Below, piece by piece: positions 49,730 to 62,400 of a DNA stretch of 64,000 nucleotides. The stretch comes from Dudresnaya verticillata (lineage: Eukaryota), in the NCBI GenBank assembly GCA_977862235.1, contig OZ374565.1, forward strand, positions 1,674,001 to 1,738,000. Direction: 5' to 3'. A program made the position numbers and the translations under genes. Below the pieces are notes generated by a model. It searched no databases and had not been told where the DNA came from. It was given only the letters and a program-made list of their open reading frames with translations. Numbering within the stretch: the first letter of the stretch is position 1; each line of letters begins with the position of its first letter.

Positions 49730-50138
49730 AGAAAATTTTGTTCCATTCCGAAATCCAGTCGGCGCCGGCCGCGCCAGCAGGCAATGTTGATTTGCAGTTA
49801 CTTTTGGGCGGATTTCGCCCACGGCCTGATATAAGTGCCACGAGTTTCGCATCTTTGCCTTAACGAAGCAATTGACGGCTACAGGATTAAGGACAGCCAA
49901 TTGAGAGCCACGTACTTTTTGACCGCTTGCGGGAGGTATATCGGAAAATGGGTGTCCTCGTAATCCCCCGTTGCTCGGAACACACCCATCCCTCAGGGTA
50001 GCACTCCAGGTAGTCCTGGAAAACAATAAAGGTGAGCGGTTGTGTTTTTGCCATTTTCTTTTTCATCTTTAGACCTTGAGCGTGCATGCCTGCTGCAACA
50101 AGAACAAACGGGCGCAACGTTGACGAACGCAATGCCAC

Positions 50139-53100
50139 TTAATGGAGCAGCACTGCAACATTCTTTTGCAGTGTGCGCCGATCAACCGGTTTCGTGAGGA
50201 TGTCGGCGAACTGCTCTAGGGTCCCGATATGCATCAGCGACAATCTTCCCGCGAGCAAATGATCCTTGACGTGGTGATACTTCACTTCGATGTGCTTACT
50301 TCTCGCGGACACTTGGTCATGCTGCGCAATTGCAATGGCCGCAGTGTTGTCGGATAACACCAAGGTGGGTGGTGTGCGCATGGCTTCGTGGAAAGGGGTT
50401 AATGTTACCAACTCCCAAAACAGTCGGCGAATCCAAAGGACATCCTTTGCACATGATGAGAGGGCTATGTACTCAGCCTCCGTAGATTACAGCGCCACGA
50501 GCGTCTGACGCTGGCTCTTCCAAGAAACGGGTGAACCGTTCAGCATTATGAGGAATCCCGTTGTAGATTTGCGCTCTGGTTTATCCCCAGCCCAATCGTC
50601 GTTAACGTACGCCTTATTCTCAAGTGGGCTAGAGCGTTCCCCTCCTTGGGCGGCACCGCGGCGATACATGATGCCCAACTTTCGCGTGCCAGAAACATAG
50701 CGCATGACTCTTTTTAGCAATTGCAAGTGTCTGGATGCCGGGGAGTGGACTTGTCGTGCCAATGCGCTGATGGCGAACGATATGTCCGGGCGAGTGCACA
50801 CTGCGAGGTATAGATGTTCGCCGATTGTGGCTCGGTACTTGGCGTGCTCCGCTTTTGACAACAGCATGTCATGTTCAGCTGCAGGAGTGATGTCCGCGTC
50901 TGTAGGCAGAGGTGTCCAGGACCCGTTTGACTCAGCCAAGCCGTGCTTTGCCAAAAGCTGCTCAACGTAACGAGTCTACGTGATCCTGATCCCGGACTTC
51001 TCTTGACGAATTTCCCATCCTATGAATGATGCGATATTTCCAAACAACTTGACATTGAACTCCTGAGCCAGCGTAGATTTGAAGTGACCCAACAAATGCT
51101 TAGAGTTTCTGACAAACGTCATGTCATCGACGATGATGACTATAATAATGAATTCTTTTCCAACAACCTTGAAACGTTCGCGAGCATCTATACGGGACTG
51201 CACGAATCCCCAGCTGATTATGGTGACGAGGAGAAGCGAACCCCAAATGTTTCCAGCTTGCTTCAGTCCATACATGGACTTTAGTAAATGACATACAAAT
51301 CCAGGTTTCTCCTCCTGTCCTGATGAATTGGTTGGCTGCTCCACGTATACGCTAACATCGATTCTGCCGTAGAGGAAGGCATTGCATACGTCCGCCCCCT
51401 CAACGATGAGGTCGTTTGCGGCAGCCATGGCGAGAATCATGCGAATCGCCTCGTGCGAAGCAACTGGGGCATGTAGTTTATCAGGATCGAAGTCGATTCC
51501 CGGGGCTTGTAGGTCACCTCGAGCGCAGCATCTGGCCTTGTGTAGAAACGTCTTTCCAATATGGTCCCGCGGCTTAAGTCGAAACACCCAAGTGAAAGGG
51601 ATTACATGAAGATCCTTGTTCCTCGGGACGTAGTCCCAAGTCTCACGTTGGCGAAGCGCGAGGTATTCCCGGCCGATGGCCTCGCACCAAAGCTTGTTCT
51701 TGGTGGCTTCACGGAATGTACACGGCAAACGCGGGTCCTTGAGATTGCCACGGGCAAATGTGACTTGAGGTAAAACACGGGAAAGTGGCAAGCGATAGGC
51801 ATGAAATGCCTGCTTCAGATCATCTTCTGCTATCGCATCGGCGTTGCCATTTGCCGCGTCCTCTTGCGCTTGACGCGCGATCCCATCTAGAAGAGCGGCT
51901 ACGCCCGGTAGCTGTTCGGATCTGCACATGCGAAAATCGCTAGCGCGAGTGATTATGATGCGCTTGGTTTGGGGGATGTATGTGCGGTAAAGCTTTGCGC
52001 CGCTTTCCAAACCGACGAAGTGACCATGAGCAGAACGTGGCGAGAGCTTCTTGTTTGGCCTTGCTGGCGATTGATAAAGAAAGGCGAAACCCTGTTGGGC
52101 AAACCTTGGAATATTTTTGAAGTTGATAACTGTGCGGTGGTCCGACCTCAGGATAGGTATCTCTCCATTAATTCACTCGGACGGAAGTCGGTTTCGAATC
52201 CAATTGCCATGGCTCATGGCTTCGGCCCACAGCTCATCACCGAGCTTGGCGTCGATGAGCAGTACGCGTGCACGAACGCCCAGCTCCTTCATGAAACGTT
52301 CGGCTACACCGTTGCTATCTGGCGCATACGGTGGGCTAGGCTCCAGACGAATGCCGTTAGCGAGAGCGAAGTTCTTAACGGCATTGGACATATTTTCTCC
52401 TACACGATCCAGCCGAATATTGATGAGCTTATAATGCATCACATTCTCTGATCTCTCTTTGTAGTACTTGAGTGACGAGAAGAGTCCATCCTTGGTCTTG
52501 AGAAAATGCGTGTCTGACTTAGTGGTGACGTCATCAATGAAACCCACAGCGTATTGGCTCCCTCCAATAGACGGGGTATTAATCCTTCCAGTAATGTCAA
52601 TATGGACGAGCTCGAGTGGGTTAACTGTGATGAGTGTGATTGATCGAACAGTTCCGCGCTGTGCCTTGCCAAGTTGGCATGGAATACAAGGCATGTTCTG
52701 CAGGACACTTCGCGGAAAGGTAGGAACGTCATTGAAAATGTTTGCCAACTGCAAATATCGCTGAGGATGAGGGTGTCCTGTGCGACTGTGCCACTCCAGA
52801 GCGAGCTTTGTTTGCGACTTCCTTGCAGCAATAGCCCTTGGGCACTGAAAACAGAATAACTCCTCCTCAACTTCATTCTGGTCCAGGAGGGACATCTTGA
52901 CCTGACCGGAGCTGTTGCGCTCTTCGATGCGATGATGTCCGTCCTCGTTTATTTGAACTGCCTTACTCAACTCCTTTGTTTCTCGGTCATATAAGGCGCA
53001 GGTGCTTATGTTGTTGACAGCCGGCGGGTCCATCGTAAAAAGAATACTGAAGTGAGCTGTAAGTAGGCCTACCGACAGAATGTTGGTCTGGAAGTTCGGT

Positions 53101-55209
53101 GCGTGATATGCGTCCAAGTAGAGACCTCCAGCTAGTTCGATGTAGACCTGGCCTTTTCCGACTAGAATAGACTTCTCAGAAGCGGCCTGAACATCAAGAA
53201 CCTTAATATTCTCATAGTTGACGAATAACGACTTGTCATGGCAAAAGTAGTGGGAGCCGCCGGAGTTAATAAGCCAGTCCTTAGATTTGACTGCACTACA
53301 CTTGGCGACTTTGCTTTGGAACTTAATTGCAGCCATGAATCCATAACAATGGCCGTTACCCCTTGATCCAGCGCCCCCACTGTAGTTGCCCTGGTAGTTC
53401 GGAGGCTGTTGGCCAGGTACGTGAGCTTGATTGGCAAAGGGAGCGTCACTGCCATCCTGGCTCGGAGCTCCTGACTGCTCTGACTGCCCTTGATGATGCT
53501 GATGGTAGGGCTGCTGGCCAGACGGTCAACCCGGTGGGCCCCAATATTGGCCATGCGGGAAGTATCCTCACGGCCCCCACGGCCACTTCGATAGAAGCAA
53601 TCCTTAGCCCTATGATTCAGGCGACCACAAACCCAACATGGGCCGAAGGACTTGTAGCTGCCGTTGCCCTTCGAACTTCGTCCGCCACGAACACTTTGAC
53701 CGGAGCTTTTGTTGCCTCCTCCAGCGGAATTGGCTTTCGGAACTTGAACGGTGGTCTTGTCCGAGGACCCGGACTTGCGGTGCGAGTTCTCAGTTTCGAT
53801 GCAATTGACGAGCTCTTCAAAATTCATCTTTGCGGAAACCATAGCGAGTGGAGCAAAGTGCTCTGAAAAGGTTCGGATGAGCTTCGAAGACTTCTCCTCT
53901 GTGGTATAACGAAGTCCACGGTGACGCGGGGAAGTCTCGAACTGTAAGGAATGGCCTCGTAGCCTAACGGAGAAAGGAAAAGGGGTGGCAGCGTAGTAGA
54001 GCGGAGCGACCAACACGAAGGACCACGGTGTCAACGTATTCGTGTGCGGAAGGGAGAACTCGAGCGATCGATCACCGGGGATGACTACGGGTGCGCGGGG
54101 CTATCGAAAGCGAGGCTCGATCGTATCCGCGGTCAAGAAGACGAAGACACCGAGCTCGAAGAAACAGGCGTTTACCGAAGACTCCGAGGTCCGGGCGCTA
54201 GTCGCTTGCCGGAAACCCTCGGAGGTTGTGCCAGACGACTGGCTAAGTAATACTACATGAGCGCGAATACACGTGTACGAACCGTCTCCCGCGTTGACGT
54301 ACGTCAACGGGGGGACGGTTCGTACTCGAATGATTCGTAACGGCCTCGGTGCCAACGAACGGTCGCCTCACGTATGGTGGCGGTTACGAAGTGCGCCAGC
54401 GATGCATACGGAGGTGTGCGTGTCTCGTGGGCCCCGGTGCCGTTACGCACGGGAAGCAACGGGAACGTCACGAAAGTGTCAGCGATTTCGTATCGGGTGC
54501 GCACTGTAATGAGAATGCCATCGTGGCGCACGCGATCACGAAGTCAGCTCGGGATTCGTCCGGTGGTGTCTGCGATTTCGTATGACGTGCGTGCTGTAAT
54601 GCGAGTGCCATCGTGGCGCGCGCACAATATGCGCACTGTAATACGTTTGCCATCGTGGCATGCGCATTCACGTAGTCACTTCGAAATTCGTATTTCTCGA
54701 TTATTTTCACGTAGACCACGGAGTCGTTTCGCGGATAGCGTCTATACTACATCCTCCTGTGGAACAGACTTGTCAAGTGAGGCCAACTTGCCTAGGAGTT
54801 CGTGGAGTTTGTTTAAATGATCCTCCCAGTTTCCACCATCCTTGAACTCCAGCGAGTCCAACTCTTGAAGGAGGTTGATGACTGTTTACTCATTAGACGT
54901 TGTATACAATCGTGCCAGTGCGTCCCAGATGTCCTTAGCAGTGCCATCGTTCGAGTCGATGATGGACGAGGTCTGTGACATGGGCCCGGTGCCAATAGTG
55001 GACACTATGACATACTTGGCCTTGAACATGGCCTTGCGCCAGTGGGTAAGGTTTCCGGCGGATGTGCCCTCCGATGGATGCAGATCGAGCCCTAAAAGAT
55101 CGATGTAGTCCTTCTGAATGTAGGCCTTGATGCGGCGACGCCACGGAATAAAATCCTTCGCACCCGTCAGCTTCGGAAGCTTTCTGAGCGAGTCGGAGTC
55201 GCCCGCCAT
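50139..55209 (-). pseudogene. Copia-2 gag-pol
   Basis: PKLTGAKDF..W; CWVCGRLNHRAKDC; WH.RTGH…C..C; NGVAER; DVCNAFLYG, YGLKQ, IVDD; RSKHIEVKYH…ADILTK; gag split by solo LTR. Confidence 0.95.
53900..54751. mobile_element. Solo LTR inserted in Copia-2 gag
   Basis: Ends TGTGGTATA…TATACTACA; TSD TCCTC; three internal CTGTAAT…GCCATCGTGGC repeats. Confidence 0.9.
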
Positions 55210-55631
55210 GTCGGCGTGTTCGGGAATAACGGTGTTGAGTTGTTGCTGGAGATAACTTGTGCGATGCTACCATGTAGGGAAGTTGTTCACGATCATGGGT
55301 TCTTCCCTCTCGGGTGACCCCCAACGCCCCACGACGTCTCCTCTTTATTGACCCTCGGCGGTCCTCTGCATTCTAATTATTGTCAGTAACCACCGGGGAG
55401 ATTTCCTCCCGCACCTCCGCGTGCCAGGGTTTACAGTACTTAAGTCCCTTTGGGCCGGACCGGCCATGCCCCTCTGCGGGCAACTGAGTGATGACTACGG
55501 CTGCACGCAAGAGGACTCTAACAGCTTGTTGACAAGTTTCACATGATTCAGTTTAGTGATTTATGACATGATATTTCTGAGGTACAACGGGTGTTGACGC
55601 CCTGTACGGAGCCACGTGGACACGAGTCCTC

Positions 55632-56298
55632 TGTAAGTAATGGCAGGCGCACAACCGCCTGGGCGATATGGCTGGTGCTCCGATTGATTTCATGGCTGGA
55701 ACGCCCCTGCGCTGTAAGGGAACACGTGTACAGAGTTAATCTGTAAGGCACACTGCTGATATGGCACTGTGCCATTTGGGGATTAACTATGACCGCACCA
55801 TCGCGCCATGCATTGCTGGCGGATGTTTGCCCCGCGGCGCCTGACAGTTGCACCGCGCTCACCTTGTGGCCTGACCACTCATTCCTATCTAAGGACAAAT
55901 CATACCTGTGTTGTACAGTATTAGCTAAGTATTAGCCATAGAGCTCTAACTGAGCGAGCAGCACCTTTTCGGCTCTCGCCGTATTTATGGGGCCCCTGAG
56001 TAGCATGGGCCCGGCACTAAACCGGCAGCGGTCTGTGCCTTGGGTTTTCCCCTTTTTGGACGCTTACGGTGCTACCGCTACAACTCCACTTTGGGCGTCT
56101 ACAAGCCCTGTCGTCTACGACGAAATGCTCTATTCAGCAGGGTTCGCCTTTCCCTTTTCCTTTGTCAGGGCTTTAAGCCCTCTCAAGTATCTACCACCCC
56201 CTTTCCCGAGCTACCAACCACACGAGTGGGATCGCTCTTTGAGGACAGCTGTCGTGCCGTGTCGCCGTCTCTGTTGGCTTCAAAGCCATTCTACTACA
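55632..56298 (+). repeat. Gypsy-3 5' LTR
   Basis: TGTAAGTAATGG…CCATTCTACTACA imperfect inverted ends; similar to 26508-27129. Confidence 0.8.
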
Positions 56299-56710
56299 GT
56301 GGTCTCCCGACCTAGAACAAGTTCTTAGGATCGGACCCTTTTTCTACCTTACCCTCGACGGGTCGAGTCAAGATATTCAAGACAGGACGTTGTCCGTTGA
56401 AGTTTCAAGAATGCTCCTTCGAAGGAGCAGGGTAAAACCCTAGTCGTCTAATTGTCGACGGTTTCTACGCTTTATACTAAGCTCCGGAGTTACGCCAAAT
56501 CTTGTGAGCAAGCAAACTACATTTTACGGTTTTTAAACCATCCCTAGAAGTTCCCCTCGACGGCGGATTGACGCCCGGATCGAGCCTACTTCGACAGGTT
56601 TTCCGTGCAACCTGAGAAAACACGTGTAACCATACGGTTCTGAACCGCCGAGAGGCCTGGGAAGAAGTCCCCGCTACCTCGCCGGCTGAGCCGAAAATTG
56701 TATTGGCAAC

Positions 56711-59418
56711 ATGCCAACCTCTAATAGCGAGACTACCCGGCCCGGATTATCGAGTCGGGGAGTAAGCCGAACAGGCAGTCTTGCCTCCGTGAGAACGACT
56801 GGGCCCCGCACCCGCGCAGCCTCAACCGCTCTCGCAGTAAACCCCGTAGCGGGTAAGCCGGGACACCCTCCTCGAATAACGGTCGCCCCGGCTGGAGAAG
56901 AAATACCTGGACCAGGCAGGGACCAGGTCCCGGAAGGAGAATATGCGGTTCGAACCGTGGAAGAAGTCCCCGCCAACATCGGGGAGACTGAGGATTCGAA
57001 CCCTGGAATGATGCCGCCGCCTCTGGCTTTAGCCAGCCAGCACGCCATAGGCGGACGAGCCCAAGATGATGATACCACGGCCGCCCCGGACGTAGGGCTG
57101 CCGTCAAGAACGAAGTACAATTCGTCGGACGTCCGCTGCTTTACAGAGCGCGAAATAGGACGAATGGTCGAATTGGGAATCGAAAGATCATTCATGACGA
57201 GTGTCGTGGCGCTCCTGGAGAGTCAAGCCGATGACACCTTTCTAAAGGTCAAGCGATATATCGACGAGGCGTCGACGCGCCGTGACGACCGCCTTTTGGC
57301 TAAATGCCAACAGGAGATGGAATCTCGATTCCGGCAAGGTCCTCTTAGAGGATTAGAAGAAGAGAGGGTCGAAACCCTGCAAGCGCAAATGGACTCACTA
57401 GGTGACCAATTGGACGCCGTCCATGGAAACCTCCATACGCTTACAAAGATCACCGACCTAACTCGAGAAGAAGCCGCATTGGCTATTGAAGACGTTCGAC
57501 GAAACGTAGACGACACCAGGTGTGTCGAACAAGACAGAGCTATTGAGCTCCTGAGACAAGAGCTTGAAGCTGAAAAGCGGAAGGTAACGTTGCTGGAAGC
57601 AAAGATGCGACGACTCAGTCGCGAGAGGGATTTAATCCCTGAGGTCGAGCGGCGACGCTCCCCCGTGCTCCGCGGCACGAGAGACCGTCGCAGGACGTCT
57701 CCAAGTGACTCGGATAGGGAGTCTGGACAGGACGACCTTAGTCGTAGGAAGTCCACGCACCCCCGGTGTGATTGCCGATCATCGCACGGTCCCACTGTAT
57801 GTCGCAATACACGGGACGCCCGTCAAGAGCGGCTTTCAAGCCGTAATGATGAGGGGCAGCGTCGAAACGCCTCATACCCAGCGCCGATGCAATCGGACGA
57901 GGACGAGCCGACGACACGAGTTCTTTCAAGACGCTCTTGGAGCTCCTGGCGAGGACCGCGTCGAGCGGGAATCGAGGAATTAACTCCACGAAACCCGGCA
58001 TTCATACGGGTACTTTCGTATCGGAGATACCGATTATTGAATGTCGATTCATATCGTGGGCCCGAGGTAACGGAAGCCACCTCGAAAAGATCAAGCGGAT
58101 TAAATCCGTAATGGGGAGTCGGAGATTCGATGGGCGAGATCCAGTTTCCTTCATAGGCTTTCTAGCCACCTTGAAGAGACAGTTGGACCAAGCCCAAGTG
58201 AGCGAAGGAGCGGCCATCCTGGTCATACCTGAATTCCTTGAAAAGAACGCGAAGGACATGTTCGAAGCAAATTTCGACGCGGCCGGAGACGACAATGGCG
58301 GATTCAATGAGTGGCCCGAGGCCATAAATTACCTCTTACGGACTTACGCCAAAGACGTTTACATTGAACAGATTTCTTCTGAAATGGTTACGATGACCCA
58401 AGGGTCAGAGGAAGACGAAGTCTCTTTTTCAAGACGACGACAGAATAAGGCGCGAAAGGTCGCGGGAGTCTACTCGGAACAAGACTTGATATTGCGTTTT
58501 ATACGCGGGCTACTACCAGCGGTGAAACCGCTTCTAAGCACGTCCTCCCTGGACCCGCGCTCCGCGCGACTAGCCGACTATATCGAGTTAGCGACAGCCC
58601 AGGGAGATTCGCACCGCGCCCTTGCGAGTGGTTCTCGTCTCAAGAAGACGAGCTCCTCTCTACCTCGTAAAACCCTGGCACGGATCAAGACGCACAAGTC
58701 TGGAAGAGCGCTCCTCATTCGCCAAAATAGGACTCAACAGTCCTCCGATACCGATTCCTCGAAGAGCAGCAGCTCTCAGGCCGACAGTGAGGACGCAGTG
58801 GTTGCAGCCATTGATCACGAAGCGCCTCCATCCAGCGCAACCAAATCAGACTCGTGGTCTGCGGCGCTGAGCGACCACCCATATCAAGGCGATGTGGACG
58901 CAGTCCTTCAGAACTACAACCACAGGATGCCTGCCTGGGCTCAGCCCACCAAGACACAACGTCCTGGTTGGGTGGCTGTCGAAGACAGGCCAAATGACAT
59001 ATGCTTCGAGTGTCTGGGCGTGGGCCATAAAAGGCCGAATTGCCCTTATCTGGCTCGTACGGATGAACCGTCATTTGAGGTACTAAAACGCCAGCAGTTT
59101 TATCAACTGTCTCGTGAACAGAAGGCATGGTTAGCCACCATAGGGCGACTGCCTGATTTCGCCCCGGGGAATACCCGTAGGGAACAACCCAATTATGCGT
59201 CGTCAGGAAGTGGAGCAGGGCCATCGAGGTGGCCTCCTCAAAATTTGGGGTCTGTCCCAAGCCGAAATGGCCATGTCCAATTTCAAGGGGGATTGAATCA
59301 TCCAGTGGACACTCCGAAACATACGCCGGCGGCGCCACGGTCGCCAGGACCTGGCTCCCGAAGCCTTCCGCCGCTTCCACCACTCCCGCAGTCGCCTGCT
59401 AGTAGGCCGAAAAACTAG
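56711..59418 (+). pseudogene. Gypsy-3 gag (one frameshift near 58090)
   Basis: N-terminal coiled coil; FDGRDPVSFIGFL; RFIRGLLP; CFECLGVGHKRPNC zinc knuckle. Confidence 0.88.
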
Positions 59419-62400
59419 CAAGGGGGGAACCGGTTTCGGTCCACTGGGCAACTCCAGTCGTATCGGAACCCCCCGATCGCTCCGAGGAATGTCATTTCCT
59501 ATGTCCTCCCTCACCCGAACGATCGGTCTCGCGGGAACTCCGGCTTCCTCTTCCAAAGAAGGTATTAGCACGCCCCGTGGGCTTACCCCCCGGGTGCAAG
59601 TATGATGAGTACATTAAGGACCCAGTGTGCGCGCTATCGAGATACAACTATAAAGTTGTCGCGTCCGTTGGGACCTCTGTTGAAAACATGACTCAAGTAC
59701 TTTCAGTTCTGGACACGGGCGCAGGCCCCAATCTCATCCGAGCTGACGTGCTCTCTTTGGACGACCGGAAGAAGGTTTCCTCGACCCAGTCAATCGTCAA
59801 CCTTACCTCGGCATCAAGCCACCGCTTACCAACATTGGGAATGATCTCCCTCTTCGTCAAGATTGGAATCTACACGGTCCGTCAACCCTTCGTCGTGGTT
59901 TCGGCGCTAGCCGTCGATATGATACTAGGATGCACCTATATCGATAGCCACGTCGAACAACTTCGAGTGCGTAAGCAACACGTAGTCTTACGTGATGGTT
60001 CGGTACATCCCATTCTACGACGGCGATGCGGTATCCCAAGAGCCACACGCTCTGGCGAAACTATGGAGGTCCCTCCACTAACTACTTCTCGCCTCGTGCG
60101 AGTTGCTCACACAACTAACTTACAACCCGGTTCGGAAACCTGGGTCGCGGTATCCTGTACCGCAAAAGGAACACACTTCTTGGATTCCTTCCAACGTCTT
60201 TACGACCGTCAGCAAGTGGTCGTCACGAATGGAATCGGGATACAAGATACAAGAGAACGTTCTCTTCCGTGTTAAGATTGCTAACTTCTCTCACCGAGTG
60301 CAACGGCTAACCAAGCACCAAGTCATTGGTCGCGCCGTTCCCGCTCCGACGGCCACGCCGGTTTATACTCTTTCCATCGACGATGTCCCCGACAATACGG
60401 ACCCGAAGCCACAGGACTCAAGTCCTCCTGCTCATACATCGTTCGATGCAGGGGGGCAGGGCTAGCTGCTGCTCTTGGCGCGGCCACCTCGAAAGTAGGC
60501 GTCAAAACCGCCATCAAAACCGCCACTGAGAAGCTCACAGTCGACGACTTGGAATTAGAACACATATCCCCGTCTGACAGACGCCGCGTTCGCAAAATGT
60601 TGCGTCCGTTCGCCGACATGTGGAACGGGAAATTAGGAACCATCAAAGGTCACGGAGCATGGTATTGAGCTCACAGAAGGTTCCAAACCTGTATTCGCAC
60701 AACCCTATCGTTCAAGGCCGAAAGCGCGACAAGCGGAGCAGGAAGAGGTCGATAAGATGCTCAAGGAAGGAGTCATAGAGCCAGCACGCTCTGAATTCGC
60801 AAGTCCAGTGGTACTGGTTAAGAAGCCTGACGGATCCCTCCGGTTCTGTGTCGATTACAGGAAACTGAACGCCATTACCATCAAGGATTCTTATCCTCTA
60901 CCGCGCATGGATGAGTGCTTGGACTCGTTGGGCGACGCCCAGTATTTCAGCACCCTCGATTGCAATTCGGGCTACTGGCAAATACCAGTTGCGGCAGAAG
61001 ATAGGCCCAAGACAGCGTTCACCTGTCATGCTGGTTGCTTTCAGTTCTGCCGAATGCCATTCAGACTGTGCAACGCACCTGCGACGTTTCAACGAACGGT
61101 TGATATTCTATTATCGGGATACAGATGGAAACCCTGCCTCGTCTATTTGGATGACATCATAGTCTTTTCCAAGAGTGTCGACGAACACATTGGCCACGTT
61201 CAAGAGCTACGCTCCGTATTGAAGCAAGCAGGTGTATCGCTCAAGCTCAAGAAATGTAATTTCTTCACAAAGAGTGTGGACTACCTCGAACATGTGATCC
61301 GACCAGGGTTGCTAGAGGTGGCTACCAAAAACACCCAAGCTATCGAAGGTTTCAAGGAGCCTACGACTCAGACACAACTAAGGTCGTTTATTGGATTGTG
61401 TAACGTCTATAGACGCTTCGTACCGAATTTCGCTAGGGTCGCGTCTCCGCTTAATAGGCTTCTACAGAAGGATGTTGGGTTCAACTTACCCCCGTTTGAT
61501 GAACGGCAACGCGAAGCCTTCGCCCTGTTGAAGAAGGCACTCATAGCGCCACCGATCCTCCGGCTTCCTAAGGAAGATAGACCTCTCTCGGTAGATACCG
61601 ACACGTGTGATTATTAGATAGGGTGTGCCCTTATGCAGATGGAGCCAGATGGCACACGACACCCGATCGGTTTCTGGAGCCGAGGCCTTACCAAGGCTGA
61701 GCGGAACTATTCCGTTGGAGAAAAGGAGTGTCTCGCTGTAGTCTGGGCCACACAAATGCTCAGACCGTATTTGGAAAGGTCACATTTTGACCTCTATACC
61801 GAGCACCAAGCTTTCAAGTGGATAATGAGTATGACCGACGCATCAGGTCGTCTAGCGCGCTGGCGCTTGCGACTTTTGGAGTACGACTTCACGGTTCAAT
61901 ACCGTAAGGGAAATAAGAACCAGATAGCAGACGCCGTCTCGCGACTACCCACTTATGGATTCACCAGTTGGGAACCGGACCTCGAGATCCCTTGCTTCAT
62001 TATCGCCGGCAGCGAGCGTGAGGGATTTCCCGATCGTCCTTCCGAAGGAAATGCTAGAGCCGACACCGAGCCGCGACCTCTGGAGGTTTGGGAAGTCGAA
62101 CCCGAGGACCAATTAGTCGAGTTTGAATTCGAGGATGAGCAGCTGATAGCCACGGTGGCCAAAAAGGAAGCGGACGAGAAGAGTCTATCTCTGATTACGG
62201 TGGAAGAACTACTTCGCACGCAATTGACAGATCCATTCTGCAAGGGTATTAAGCTGGCCATCGAGACTGGAAAGCCAGGCTGTTACCTCGAAGACGAAAG
62301 GGGACTTTTAGTCCGACGGTCTTATATCGACAAAACTTTGCAGGTAGTGATACCTCGGGTCCTTCAAGAACGGGTTCTGCATCTGGCGCACTATCCCGAG

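Larger units (their letters stand above)
49329..55523 (-). mobile_element. Copia-2: full-length degenerate Ty1/Copia
   Basis: LTRs 49329-49581 and 55273-55523; TSD GCTTG; PBS TGGTAGCA (55265-55272); PPT AGAGGAGGGG. Confidence 0.95.

Noticed and set aside
53162..54034. 290-aa ORF with a novel hydrophobic N-terminus
   Set aside because: Chimeric: the N-terminus is read from the inserted solo LTR into Copia-2 gag
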